Below, piece after piece: positions 25,380 to 38,928 of a DNA stretch of 64,000 nt. The notes below the pieces were generated by a model. That model saw only the letters and a program-made list of their open reading frames with translations, was not told the DNA's origin and did no database searches. The first letter of the stretch is position 1; each line of letters begins with the position of its first letter. The translations under genes and the position numbers were made by a program. Source of the stretch: Spizellomyces punctatus DAOM BR117 (taxonomy: Eukaryota); the NCBI GenBank assembly GCA_000182565.2, contig KQ257468.1. The stretch is one strand, 5' to 3'.

Positions 25380-27198
25380 CTATCTACAGGCCGCGATATA
25401 GTTCTCAAAGCCTTGCAAAACATTCGTCACGTTATCCCCAATCTCTTCCACCGCGTATCCTCCTTCCATAACAAAAAGTGTTGGGCAGCGCAGCGAGGAT
25501 AGAGCTCGTCCGATTTGAATATAGGCGGGTGTTGTGAGAAAGAAACCGCCAATTGGATCATTCTAGGAACAGGAGATGTCAATATAATACACCTGTTGGT
25601 CCTAACAGAATTCGGAGGGCATACGGCGTATGTGTCCACACCCAGTGACACAACGACTATCTGAGGATTGTATTCTTTGACGCGGGTGTCAATGATGGTT
25701 TGCAAGGCTTCTATGTACTCCTTCAAAGAAAAAATAAAAAAACTCATGAAGGCCATCCATCGCCCTGTCGAAACCTTGATGTTTAAATCTACCTTATCTT
25801 GTGTTCCCATTTTGAGAGGAACGTTGACATTGAACCCCGCTCCTTCGTTCTCTCCGACCTCATCTTCCGCCCCCCAGTAAAATGGGTAGTCCAATGCTCC
25901 GTGGAGGGAGACATATAAGGGATTACTGTTCTTCAATCTCCCGCAATGAGTTCTTACTTTCCTAAATTAGTCAGTGCCCTCAAATTGGCATACTACCTCA
26001 TAAAAGATCTCTTGTGTCCCATTACCGTGATGGTAGTCTGAGCTTCAAATATCAGCAATGCAAATGCTGCCTTACATAGCGCGAAACAGTCTCGTACCTA
26101 TATCGATGATGGCAACCCTCCCCACCTTTAATACATGGATGAGGTGTCGTACGGCAATAGCCGCATTGTTAAAAAAACAATAGCCACCTGAAGATTGCCA
26201 TTCAGATTGCGAGATTACTCCATTGTTTTTGCTTTAGCAGCTAAGGTTGATGAGGGTAATAACATTACCACATAGATCCCGCTGGGCGTGATGGCCTGCA
26301 GTCGAGAGGTAAGTACTAGTGACATGAAGAATTTGATGTAGTATGTCATTCCATACGACCTGGTGGTCTGCACAATGCGAAAATCCCGTGCGCCTTTTCC
26401 TCTATAAGTAATTCTGCTCCTGTCAATGCTACCTGTGCAGCCTCATATGCAGCTTGGAAGGTGCCTTGTGCCCGCCAAATGTCAGTGGAAGGTGCGGCAA
26501 TCCCAAAAGCTCTTACGAACGAACCTTCGGCGATTACCCCAGTCATGTCAAAACAGCTAGACAAGTCGGGCATAATCTAATCAACCTGCCGTACAGTGAA
26601 GATCTGTGTATGAGAAAAACGCACTAGTAACCAGGTCTTCCCAAGGGACCGCCATCTCGTGAGTAGGGGAAGTTACGTTGAGGCGGGTTTTGCTTCCATT
26701 TCCTTAAGGTTTTAACCATGGAAAATTACTTTGCATCCCAATTAATCCTTTAATAAGGTACTGGACGAACCTCAGGTTGGCAAAATCCCTCACCGCACTC
26801 ACATCTGGGAATACACCCTCAGGGTTGCCACCCACTTTGACCCACTAGTTTTGAATATATGTTAAGGAAGGAACAGGCAACAGCATCCGGCATTTACGGC
26901 CTCTGGACGAAAGTGACCTCCTCGTAAGCGTTCTGAAGATACGCTATGAATTCCTTAGAGTGAACCGCTGCAATAGGGCCCAAACCATAGTCGTTTGGAG
27001 CCACTATTTCACCCAGATTTCGAGCACGTAAACTTGAGAGGATGCTATCGACACGCCCAGTGCACTCTTTGTACGGTACAAAACGGCCGAGCTCAAATTC
27101 CTTTGGGGGACTTCATGGGTTGAGAATTGGAATGCCAAATAGTGATGTGTTTGTGCCTACTTATGAAGACAGTGCTTTTCAGAATATATGACCTTCAT
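25380..27198 (-). CDS. Acetylpolyamine amidohydrolase-like (HDAC/arginase fold) deacetylase
   Basis: MKVIYSEKHCLHN|PPKEFELGRFVPYKECTGRVDSI, FALCRPPG|HHA..LCG|GYCFFNNAAIA, IDID|YHHGNGTQEIFY, SLGVDTYA|NDPIGGF, VMEGGY; about 12 introns. Confidence 0.9.
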
Positions 27199-27711
27199 CT
27201 CGTTGATTTGCCTGTTTATAAAGGCTTGGTAATTCATCTTGAACATGCACAAAGCTACCAGCCACTGATGAGTCAGCCCCATCGGCCAATGTACCAAATC
27301 GCTGCGGACTGAGGAGGAAACGCTTCCCAATCCCTGGAAGGTATTGGATCTGACTTGGTTCGCAAAGTGTGCTAGACTGGCATTGTGTGGACGAACTCCA
27401 CGAGAATGAACTTACTGGAAAATGGTGGCAGGCTACCTCGCAGGAGAATCTGCAACGCAAACTCAAGATGCTTCAGATGTTACAACTTGGACCGTCCAAA
27501 TCCTTGGTGATGGTTTAATTCGCAGTCAGGATGGTAAAAAATCTTGTAAGTCTGTCAGTGTTAACTTCCAAGCAAATCGCTTTGCGAGATCGAGTTGGTG
27601 ACACGACAAGCCGAGATGAGTCATCGTAGCTTTGAGCAGGAAATACTGCTCATTCAAGGTTGAAACGTCCGGAACACTCAATTTTTAATAGCTAGGCTCT
27701 GCTACAAAGCG

Positions 27712-28921
27712 ATGGCTGCCGTGATGCGGTATCGAACCGCGGGTTATAATGGCTATTCGGTAATGCTTGTCTCAGCTCACTGTCGAAGTATGGTGTTTCC
27801 TAAATTGCTGCCCTCAGATTGAGTACAGTCCCTTCTTCGAAAACCGGATAGCATGTGCATCTGCAGCCAACTTTGGGATTGTAGGGAATGGGCGATTATG
27901 GGTCTTGGGCCTTGGAGCGGGACCTGAAGGCATCGATGTGGAGAAAGTGTATGTAAATTAGAGTGGTTGGAGCAGAGATGCGGCTGATTTACCATGTCAC
28001 CTCCTATCAAGTTACGATACACAAGATGGGCTATTTGACTGTGCATGGAGTGAAGTGCATGAGAACCAAATAGTTACAAGTAGCGGAGACGGGAGCATCA
28101 AACTCTGGGATGTAACATTACCCGTACGTTGTTCGAAGAACGCAAAAGTTGTGATACTAGTAAAGCAACCTGACATATGATCCTTATAAGGACTTTCCTG
28201 TGCGGAATTGGAGCGAACATACACGAGAGGTCTTTGCGGTGAAGTGGAACCTCGTTAAGAAGGACACATTCATATCGGGCTCTTGGGATCAGACGATCAA
28301 GCTGGTAAGCAAGGTTTTGACCGCAGTTGCTCATTTGTCAAGCACGGCTGATGCGATCTGAAGTGGAATCCTGAAGTTCCACAATCTCTAACGACATGGC
28401 AAGAACACACGCACTGCATCTATCAAACCGCTTGGTCCCCAACCAGTGGCGATATCTTCGCGTCGGCGTCCGGCGATCATACCTTGAAAGTCTGGGATGT
28501 ACGCCAACCACGATCAGTACAAACTGTACGAGCACACAACGCAGAGATACTTGCACTGGATTGGAACAAATACCATCCAAACACGCTGGTTACTGGCAGT
28601 GTAGACCACAGTGTGAAAGTATGGGATCTTCGATTCCCAGACCGAGAGGCGATGGTACTACTGGGCCACGATTATGCAGTCCGACGAGTAAAATGCTCCC
28701 CACATAGCGGCAATATCATCGCGTCCGCGTCATATGATATGACAATGCGAATTTGGGACACAGCGATGGGAGGGAACAGACTTGCGCATGTACATGATCA
28801 GCACACGGAATTTGTGTTGGGCGTGGATATGTCGATGTTCTTCGAGGGGCAGGTGGCAACATGTGCATGGGACGAGCAGATCAATGTCATACAAATTCCC
28901 GGACTTTCAATGAAACATTAG
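27712..28921 (+). CDS. PEX7: Peroxisomal PTS2 receptor (WD40)
   Basis: YRTAGYNGYS|IEYSPFFENRIACASAANFGIVGNGRL, DCAWSEVHENQ, AHNAEILALDWNKY, GHDYAVRRVKCSPH, HTEFVLGVD. Confidence 0.96.
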
Positions 28922-29214
28922 ACATCAACCAATCTAGGAATTATTTTGCATATCCGCTGCGATAAAAGGATTACAGAAATGAACCGTACTGGAAACAAGT
29001 CCAATTTATTTCTGGACCTTGACTCGGGGGAACACAGAGTTTGCATGGTCAAATAGATATTCAGCGGCACATGCAAAGAGGTCTACGGTGCAAGCACCCA
29101 AGACGAGAGGCTAGTGAATTAATTTGAGTATATTACAAAAGCAGACCCAAGGAAAGGAACTCCCCACTCATGCTGAATAATTATCTATACAAAATATATG
29201 CCTTGAACTGAACC

Positions 29215-30135
29215 TTACACGAGAAGAACGGCGTTTATACACTATGTCAAGAGCAAACATCAGTGAAGGTAGTCGACAGGGAAAGACTGCTAAAATGCTT
29301 ACCCCGTCATTCTCCGGGTTGTTCGTCACCTGTGCGTATTTACCCCATACGACTTTTCCGGACTGCGTCACCAACCCCAACTCACTTACGTTTACTTCAA
29401 TCACAGTTCCCTTCGTTATCACCCCTAACTGAGTGTACATCGGACTGCTTGGGTTCTTTTTGACTCCCAAAATTGGCAAGCAGAAAGTTGCACCAAGTTC
29501 CGGGTGGGTAACATGTGCTTTCTTATACCGAAGAGCCATAGGACGAATAAATCGTTCGTACTTTGGTGGCTTCCGCGTAAATCCCTCTCCAACGAATGTC
29601 GCCTTGGTCACCACACGCTTCCACTGCTTTGTTTTCCTCTTTCCGGTTTTGAGTACTTTGAATACCTCCGCTTCGTCCATGCCCTTCACTTTCGGCAGAG
29701 GGACCTGCCACTTCCCAGCCTTCTCCTTTCGCTTTTGCTTAATCATATTTGATAGAACTTTGGCCCGCGTTTGATTCTCACGGTCCAAAAGATATGTGGG
29801 AACAGCACCCTCTTGCACCGGCTGATCCGCAGACTTATGCTTGTTGTTCCGTTCCTCGTGCATTTTGATTGTTTTCTTCATCTGGACCTTTTCGGCGTGC
29901 CTCTTCTTGTTGTATAATTTGGCCTTTAGACCGTGGAGACGCTTGGCGTGGGCAGCCCGAGCGTGAACCTCACGGGCCTCCTTCTTCCGCCTGTTGGGCA
30001 AGCATAACGAGTATAAGCCAGTTGTCTACTACACAGATAGTCAGTTCAGTTGCATGTAACGTACTTGCGCTCCTCATGGTCCAAACGACGGCCATGCTTT
30101 TTGATCGACTCTTCAATGTACTCGTTCTGAGGCAT
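29215..30135 (-). CDS. NSA2: 60S ribosome biogenesis protein NSA2
   Basis: MPQNEYIEE..., [53 protein letters not shown]. Confidence 0.97.
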
Positions 30136-30472
30136 GCTTTGAACTCAACGATCAGGTATCAGAAGCGCGAAAGAGGACAAGACAACGGATTTTCAAGTTT
30201 TTGGTATCATCAATCCAAGCTTTTGTTTATTGTGACATTTTTCCCATTCGAATCAGAATATCAAAAAGAAAAAAATGAGCCATTATTCTGATTGGTCAGA
30301 GTTGGGTAAGCAAGCTGGAGGGTCGCAGCGCTTTCTGCAGTTTATTTGACAATTGCATCCTACATGTACTTTGCACCTGTTTTTGAACCGTGACACCCAA
30401 GGAACGCACGCACACCTTGTGGTTTTTAGCAGCTCCTGTCCGAATTTCCGATATAATACCATTCCGAACACC

Positions 30473-31657
<1,185 letters not shown>

Positions 31658-31814
31658 AGTAGGGTAATCAGTGCAATTTTCATCACTACTGTATAGTACT
31701 AGTCTATTATGACCCAATGCATTACCAAAATACTAATATAGGTCCCGCTACATATAGACATATAGGCTGTACGTCCATTTCAATCCCTTGTGACTTATAT
31801 TCTATATTCTCATT

Positions 31815-32787
31815 CTATGTCTTTAAGAATTGGTCAATTCGGTTCTTACGTCGCGCTTCGTACTATCATATGAATTAATTGTTAACAGCACGAATATATC
31901 ATCCGATTTCAAAACATCTCACCTTCTCAGCTCCCTCTAAGGCACGTAATTCCGCTTCACCAAACGGATTACCCTCCAAATCGATCCATGTAACACTGGT
32001 CTCAGACAGGATTTCCGCCGGAAACTTTGAAATTTGGTTTCTGGCCAATTTCATTGTTTTCAGCGACGTGAGGCCACCAAACTCCGCCGGAATCATGGTC
32101 AAAGCATTGTTCTCCACATTAAGCTCCTCTAAAGAGGTCAATAATCTCATTTCACTCGGTAACGTTGTCAATTTGTTAAATGATATGTCCAGGGTCACAA
32201 GCTTCTTCAATTGACCTATGGACCCGGGAATATTTGTAATGACATTGTGAGATAATACGAGGCATTTTAGAGCTGATAAAGCTGAAATGGAAGGATCAAG
32301 TGTGTGAAGCGCGTTGTGGGAAAGATTCAGCGTTTCAAGCGCCGGATAATTGGTAACAGGAGGGAGTGTAATGAAGCGATTGCAGGAGAGCGAGAGGATT
32401 TTGAGTGAGGCAAAGGAGCTGAGAGGTGGCGGCCTACATGAAAGAGAATAAGACGGTTACATAAAAGGTCTTGGACAAACTCACTGATGACATACAAGCT
32501 TTTCAAGCGATTATTAGATCTATTATGTGTCAGAAACGTTAGCAAGGAGATGTCCACGCTGTTGACAAAAGCAGGTAATCCTTACAAATCCAAACTTTTA
32601 AGGTTGTGCAATTGCCACATCATTGCTACCATCTTTGGAGGGACGTCCTTCAGCTTCGCTTGGGTGAGTGTGAGAACGCCTAAAAACAACCTGTGAGTTT
32701 GATACAGACAAAGCACTGACGCTGGGCGACCATACCTGTTTTCCCTGCCCGTTCCACCCTGGTCTGAATAGAGTGCGAGTTGCCCAT
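31815..32787 (-). CDS. LRRC57-like leucine-rich repeat protein with N-myristoylation motif
   Basis: MGNSHSIQTRVERAGKTG|VLTL (recalled LRRC57 N-terminus MGNS..VETAQKTGV), LRRs, and C-terminal LEGNPFGEAELRALEGAEK|YEARR. Confidence 0.75.
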
Positions 32788-33142
32788 CTTGCGCTGTCTT
32801 CTCAAATAGTCGGAATTTATCTGCCAATGGGCCGCAAGACTGGACTTGGCGCTACCTTGACAGGTCTTAACCTGCTATTCAAAAATGACCGGCGCTTTTT
32901 AGCGAATAATAGGCACTTTGCGCTCCCAAGCCAGTGCACTGACTTCAACCTCATAAAAAGGCTAGCACCCAAAGACCAACCTACCTCTAGATAAGGTTTG
33001 GCAGTCTTTCACTTGTCGGGCGCGATCAAGGCTTACGGAGAATGTGGCGCCAAGCAGTCACGTGACACTCATCTTGTTTTGCTTTGGTTTCTTTTGTTTA
33101 CGAAACTTACATATTTTTTTAACGTCGGTCCCGCACCCACCC

Positions 33143-33215
33143 GGGCCTATGGCCCAATGGATAAGGCGCCTGACTACGGATCAGGAGATTCGAGGTTCGA
33201 ATCCTCGTAGGCTCG
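33143..33215 (+). tRNA. tRNA-Arg(ACG), intronless
   Basis: GGGCCTA/TAGGCTC acceptor stem, D arm TGGCCCAATGGATAAGGC, anticodon arm CCTGA-CTACGGA-TCAGG, T arm CGAGG-TTCGAAT-CCTCG; T4 run ~20 nt downstream. Confidence 0.97.
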
Positions 33216-33835
33216 TCGAACTTTGTACCTAACTTTTATCTGTCACTGTGTTTACGGTTTATTGATAAAGTTTTGGTCATTGCAGGACTTTTGTGTGCGA
33301 GTCATGCGGTAAGATCGGTTCTTTCGAATGCCTTCTTTTTATTCTCGAATTCTTGTTTCTTCCACCTGTACGGCCCTCTCCGTATGCCAATTAAATTACG
33401 CGACACTGTAACTTGTAGTATGCCCCGTTCTGAATCATGCAAAGCATTTGTCCCCGAGAAATAGCCAGCTGTTCCTCTTGCTATAAGCCTGAAGACTGCC
33501 CTCGTTGAGCAAGCAATTAAGAAGTTCAAAGAAGTTCAAAGAAACCGATTGCTTCGCCCGGACAGACACGGTAAAGATGTAAATGGTTCCTATAAGATCA
33601 GGAACAGATCGTGTTGTGCTTGCAGATCATCTGAATATAAAATTCAACTTTGATAAAGAATGTCTATTTATGCTCGCAAACTAATGATTTGTTGATACTG
33701 CATCGACCAGAGGCTTGTTTGCGACAAACGCGCATATCACGTAAGCACGTGCCTGCAATAAGGCTGCACCTGCCCACAGCATGTTTTATCGTACACAAAG
33801 GTATTTCGACTACACACTCAACGGACGGAGTAAAA

Positions 33836-34582
33836 ATGGGATCCATCGAGGTAATACCACATTTCCTGAAAAGTTAGCTGCCCATGACAGCTTAAGCGAT
33901 TCTTATTCCTGCGACTAATTTTATATTTGTCTTTATGAACGATGTCTCGCCAGGCCTTATTCGAGGGTAAAGTCGCATGACCTTCCTCAAAATAGTCCAT
34001 GTTTTATCCATCTAATACTTCCAATCAATAGCTATAAAGTCCAGCGACTCCGGCAAAGTTCGCTCACTTCTTCTCGAGGACAAGACTTTGACGGCCCAAA
34101 AGCATCGTGACCCAACTGTCAAGTTCGATCCAGACGTGGAACTAGATGCGTACAAGTTCCTTGGGGCATACATAGGCTCAATTACAGCGCTGCACTTGGC
34201 GATATTATGTGGGCAGGATGCGATCGCAAAGGATATTGTGGAGAGAACATTACAGGATGATTTGGATATTACCTTCGGGGTATGCTTACTTTTGGGCAAC
34301 GATTATTGTCGCTTTCCGCCATACTGATCAACATCTTCATACCTAGGGAGGAAATACCGCACTGCATCTTGGTAATCAGAGCAAAGGCGTTATTTAGGAT
34401 ACTAGAATGATATCTCACATATGATACCTTTGGTTTCAGCAACCTTTCTCGGTGCTCGAGACATTGTTAAACTCCTTTTAGAACAAGGGGCCAACCGCAA
34501 GATCACAAATGCGAAAGGTTTTGCACCCGTGGATGTAGTGGATGATGGGGAAATGCGAGCTTTGTTTGCCGAAGAGAGTTGA
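33836..34582 (+). CDS. Small ankyrin-repeat protein with micro-exons
   Basis: MGSIE|ALFEA|IKSS..., ITALHLAILCGQDAIAKDI, GGNTALHLA|TFLGARDIVKLLLEQGA..NAKGFAPVD. Confidence 0.85.
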
Positions 34583-34917
34583 TTGTGAAGGACCAACATG
34601 TAGGGGATCTGAGAAGCGAGTATTGGATTTAATGGGGAGAACACCAAGATGAGAACAATTCTTGTAAATATGCGAAGAGTTTGAGTAGCTGGTATTAATA
34701 AACAGTGCAAAGTATTCACACATCCATCCGCACGGCCAAAATTGCACATTCTGCGGTTGTGATGGCTTGGATATCTGATCTCGTGTTGAACCTGGACGGA
34801 CGAAAATGCAATTTGAAAGTCGCGAGCCACATTCCGGCCCTCTAAATCACAACAGTTGCTTCTCACACATTTCTAAAGGCTACTATTATGATGGTATTCT
34901 GCAGAGGTCCCTTTGGA

Positions 34918-35297
34918 TTACTGAGGCACACCTTGCAAACGGAGCATTCGTCGCTTGACCAACTTGTCTCTCTCCCTCTCCAAAGCGTCTAATTCTGCCT
35001 TCTCAATCTTTGACACCCAGTATCCAATCCCGGCAAAGCCCGCAGCAAATAACAAGTGCAAGTGAGGTCCTACATGTCGAGTCATAGCGTCAGCATTAGT
35101 CGACGGCTGTTCGGCAAACATCCCTGCGGTGACTACACCAACTCACTTTCCAAAACCGGTCGGCGCTGCATTCCCAAAGCCCACGCACGAACAAAGGCAC
35201 CAACCAATCCCCATCCAGCTAGTTCAAGGGTTTGGCCTTGGGAAATTTGGGAGGCTTCCACGGCTTGTTTGGATGGAACGAGGATGGTGGCCGGCAT
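34918..35297 (-). CDS. Complex I accessory subunit, fungal NDUFC2/B14.5b-like
   Basis: GWGLVGAFVRAWALGMQRRP..., FAAGFAGIGYWVSKIE..L..ERDKLVKRR; one intron. Confidence 0.7.
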
Positions 35298-35691
35298 AGT
35301 GGTATCGGTTCAGAGGTCTATCAAAAGACGCGCCACGAGAAGGTTATTGAATGTCCCACAGAGCAAGTACTGCATACCCCAAGAAGAACGTCAATTGTTT
35401 CCATTTCCTTACCAGGTGTTGATGGCGGGTAAGTCGTCCGTTGAGAGTGATGGGCGTGCCAGACAGCCAAACTCCTCGCTTGGATCGGAATGAGGCACAG
35501 TCATTGGATACATGCAACATATCTGTGCCACCATGTCGTTTGTTGTTTCAAATGCGACAGCAGTCCCCTCCTTGCGACGTTCCTTCCTTCCCTTTGGAGT
35601 TGGACTCTCTTTACGGTCCATCCATTCCATCCCTCGCATCCATCCATCTGCTTTTTCCATCCTTAACACCCCCGAGGAGGCAACAGTCAAG

Positions 35692-38674
35692 ATGGTATGT
35701 GGGAGAATCAGTCGCCTCCTGAAAATGGGGTGAATGAAGGGCATGGCGAATGCTCATCGTCGAGTGTGGATTGTTAACCCAATGTTTTGTTGTTTATTTG
35801 TAGGTGAACTTCTCAGTAGACGAGGTACGGTGTAAAATGACGCGCGGCTGTCGGAAAAGACCTTCAAAGGACACCCCGGCAAAAGTTGTTTGAAGCTGGA
35901 TGGACCTAACAATGTATCCTTTTGTAGATCCGGGCCCTTATGGACAAGCGGACTAACATCCGTAACATGTCCGTCATTGCCCACGTCGATCACGGAAAGA
36001 GTACCTTGACCGACTCTCTCGTGTCGAAGGCCGGTATTATTGCGTCTGCCAAAGCTGGTGATGCTCGGTACACCGACACCCGGCAAGATGAACAGGACCG
36101 TGGTATTACCATCAAGTCAACTGCCATCTCTATGTTCTTTGAAATGGCCGAGGAAGACTTGGCTGATGTGAAACAGAAGACGGAGGGTAAGTTTCATGTT
36201 CAGACCAATTTATATGAACCTAGATGAACTCATACGGTCGGTCGTCTGCAGGTGCTGGGTTCTTGATCAACTTGATCGACTCTCCCGGTCACGTTGACTT
36301 CTCATCTGAAGTCACTGCTGCTCTTCGTGTTACCGACGGTGCTCTCGTCGTCGTGGATACCATCGAAGGTGTCTGTGTGCAAACCGAGACCGTACTTCGT
36401 CAAGCGCTTGGTGAACGAATCAAACCCGTTGTTGTCATCAACAAGGTTGACCGTGCCCTGCTCGAACTTCAGCTCACTAAGGAAGATTTGTACCAGGTGA
36501 GGATTTGAATTGATTCGCAGTTGTTCAGGACAATTACTCAGCTACGTCCACCAGACCTTTTCTCGTACCATCGAGAGCGTAAACGTGGTGATTGCCACCT
36601 ATCTCGACAAGAGCCTTGGCGATGTGCAAGTGTACCCTGAAAAGGGTACCGTCGCCTTCGGTTCCGGTCTCCATGGATGGGCTTTCACCCTTCGCCAGTT
36701 TGCCAACCGTTACGCCAAGAAGTTCGGCGTTGACAAGGAGAAGATGATGGGTCGTCTTTGGGGTGAGAACTACTTCAACCCCAAGACCAAGAAATGGACC
36801 AACAAGGGTACGGACACCGACGGCAAGTCCCTTGAACGTGCCTTCAACACCTTCGTTCTCGACCCCATCTTCCGTCTGTTTGATGCGATTATGAACTTCA
36901 AAAAGGAGGAGACTGCTAAGATGTTGGAGAAGCTTGAAATCACCCTTAAGAGCGACGAGAAGGATCTCGAAGGCAAAGCTCTTCTCAAGACTGTCATGAA
37001 GAAATTCTTGCCTGCTGGTGATGCTCTCCTTGAGATGATTGTTATCCACCTTCCCTCCCCTGTCACCGCCCAGAAGTACCGTTTCGACACATTATACGAG
37101 GGTCCTCTCGATGACGAGTGTGCTATCGGTATCCGCGACTGTGACCCTACCGGTCCTCTCATGTTGTACGTGTCGAAGATGGTACCGACATCCGACAAAG
37201 GACGTTTCTACGCATTCGGGCGTGTGTTCTCTGGTACGGTTCGTGCTGGTCTTAAGGTCCGCATTCAGGGTCCCAACTACGTCCCTGGCAAGAAGGATGA
37301 TATGTTCCTCAAGAGCATCCAGCGTGTGGTTCTTATGATGGGTCGTTACGTGGAGTCTATCGAGGACTGCCCTGCTGGTAACATTATCGGTCTCGTCGGT
37401 ATCGACCAGTTCTTGCTCAAGTCGGGTACCATCACGACCTCTGAGACAGCCCACAACTTGAAAGTTATGAAGTTCTCCGTCTCTCCTGTCGTGCAGGTCG
37501 CTGTTGAGGTCAAGAACGCCAATGACCTGCCCAAGCTTGTGGAAGGTTTGAAGCGTCTCTCCAAATCTGACCCTTGCGTCCTCTGCTACACATCCGAGTC
37601 CGGTGAACACATTGTTGCTGGTGCTGGTGAACTTCACCTCGAAATTTGTTTGAAGGATCTTGAAGAGGACCATGCTGGTGTCCCTATTAAGACCGGTGAC
37701 CCCGTTGTCCAACTTCGTGAAACTGTCCAGGCTGAATCCAGCATTGTTGCCCTCTCCAAGTCCCCCAACAAGCATAACCGTATTTTCATGAAGGCGGCCC
37801 CCATGCAGGAGGAGCTTGCCCGTGACATTGAGACTGGAAAGGTGTCACCCAAGGACGATTTCAAGGCCCGTGCTCGTATTCTTGCTGAGGAATACGGGTG
37901 GGATGTCACTGATGCCCGTAAGATCTGGTGTTTCGGTCCCGACGTGTCTGGTGCCAACTTGTTGGTCGACACCACTAAGGGTGTACAGTATTTGAACGAA
38001 ATCAAAGATTCTTGCATTGCTGCCTTCCAGTGGGCCACTAAGGAAGGTTGTTTGGCTGAGGAGAACATGCGTGCCATTCGTTTCAACATTCTTGATGTTG
38101 TGCTGGTAAGTGTATGAAGATTTTTGAAAACTGTTGTGGTTATATTCAAAGATTTCATTTCTCTCAGCACGCTGATGCCATTCACCGTGGTGGCGGTCAA
38201 ATTATCCCCACTTGCCGTCGTGTCTGCTACGCCGCGATGCTCACTGCGAACCCTGGTGTCATGGAGCCCGTATTCTTGGTCGAAATTCAATGTCCTGAGA
38301 GCGCTATGGGTGGTATCTATGGTGTCCTTAACAGGCGTCGTGGTCACGTATTTGCTGAGGAACAACGCCCTGGAACCCCCTTGTACAACGTCAAGGCCTA
38401 CCTGCCCATCATGGAGTCCTTCGGTTTCACTGCCGACTTGCGTGCCGGAACCGGAGGCCAGGCCTTCCCCCAGTCCGTGTTCGATCACTGGCAGATTATG
38501 TCGGGATCGCCACTTGAGGCAGGCAAACTGCAGGACATGATTCAGGGTGTGCGTAAGAGGAAGGGTCTCACTCCTGAAATTCCCCCTCTCGACCGATACT
38601 ACGGTAAGCGAAGACAGTGCTTGCTTTCATCTTACCTGTCGTTCTAACGATTTTTTTGTCCAGACAAATTGTAA
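35692..38674 (+). CDS. EFT2: Translation elongation factor 2
   Basis: ATG-only first coding exon, 21-nt exon [43 protein letters not shown], diphthamide site [11 protein letters not shown], ends YY|DKL*; strong codon bias. Confidence 0.99.
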
Positions 38675-38928
38675 GGACCCACTTACGGGATTGGGGGGTC
38701 TGGGTTCTTTCTTTTGTTGTATTGTATTTCTACTTGCGGGGGCTTAAGGGAGTCTCTAGATTAGGTTTTTGCACTCTCACGCGCGACATTAGTATACGTG
38801 TTTGTTGGCTTGTAAGGTCACCACGGTTTGTAAAAAGATCATCATAAAAATACGTTCCTTACATTAGCAACATTTAATCATAAACAAGCAACTACCGAGT
38901 GACTGTAACTACGAGGATAGGCGATCTA

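Noticed and set aside
33519-33544. aagaagttca x2.5 short tandem repeat
   Set aside because: Too short to be meaningful.
35695-35927. EF2 introns 1-2 (~105 nt) as snoRNA hosts
   Set aside because: No box C/D pair with terminal stem or rRNA antisense element seen.
36534-38488. Long antisense ORFs over EF2
   Set aside because: Expected by-product of strong codon bias in a highly expressed gene.
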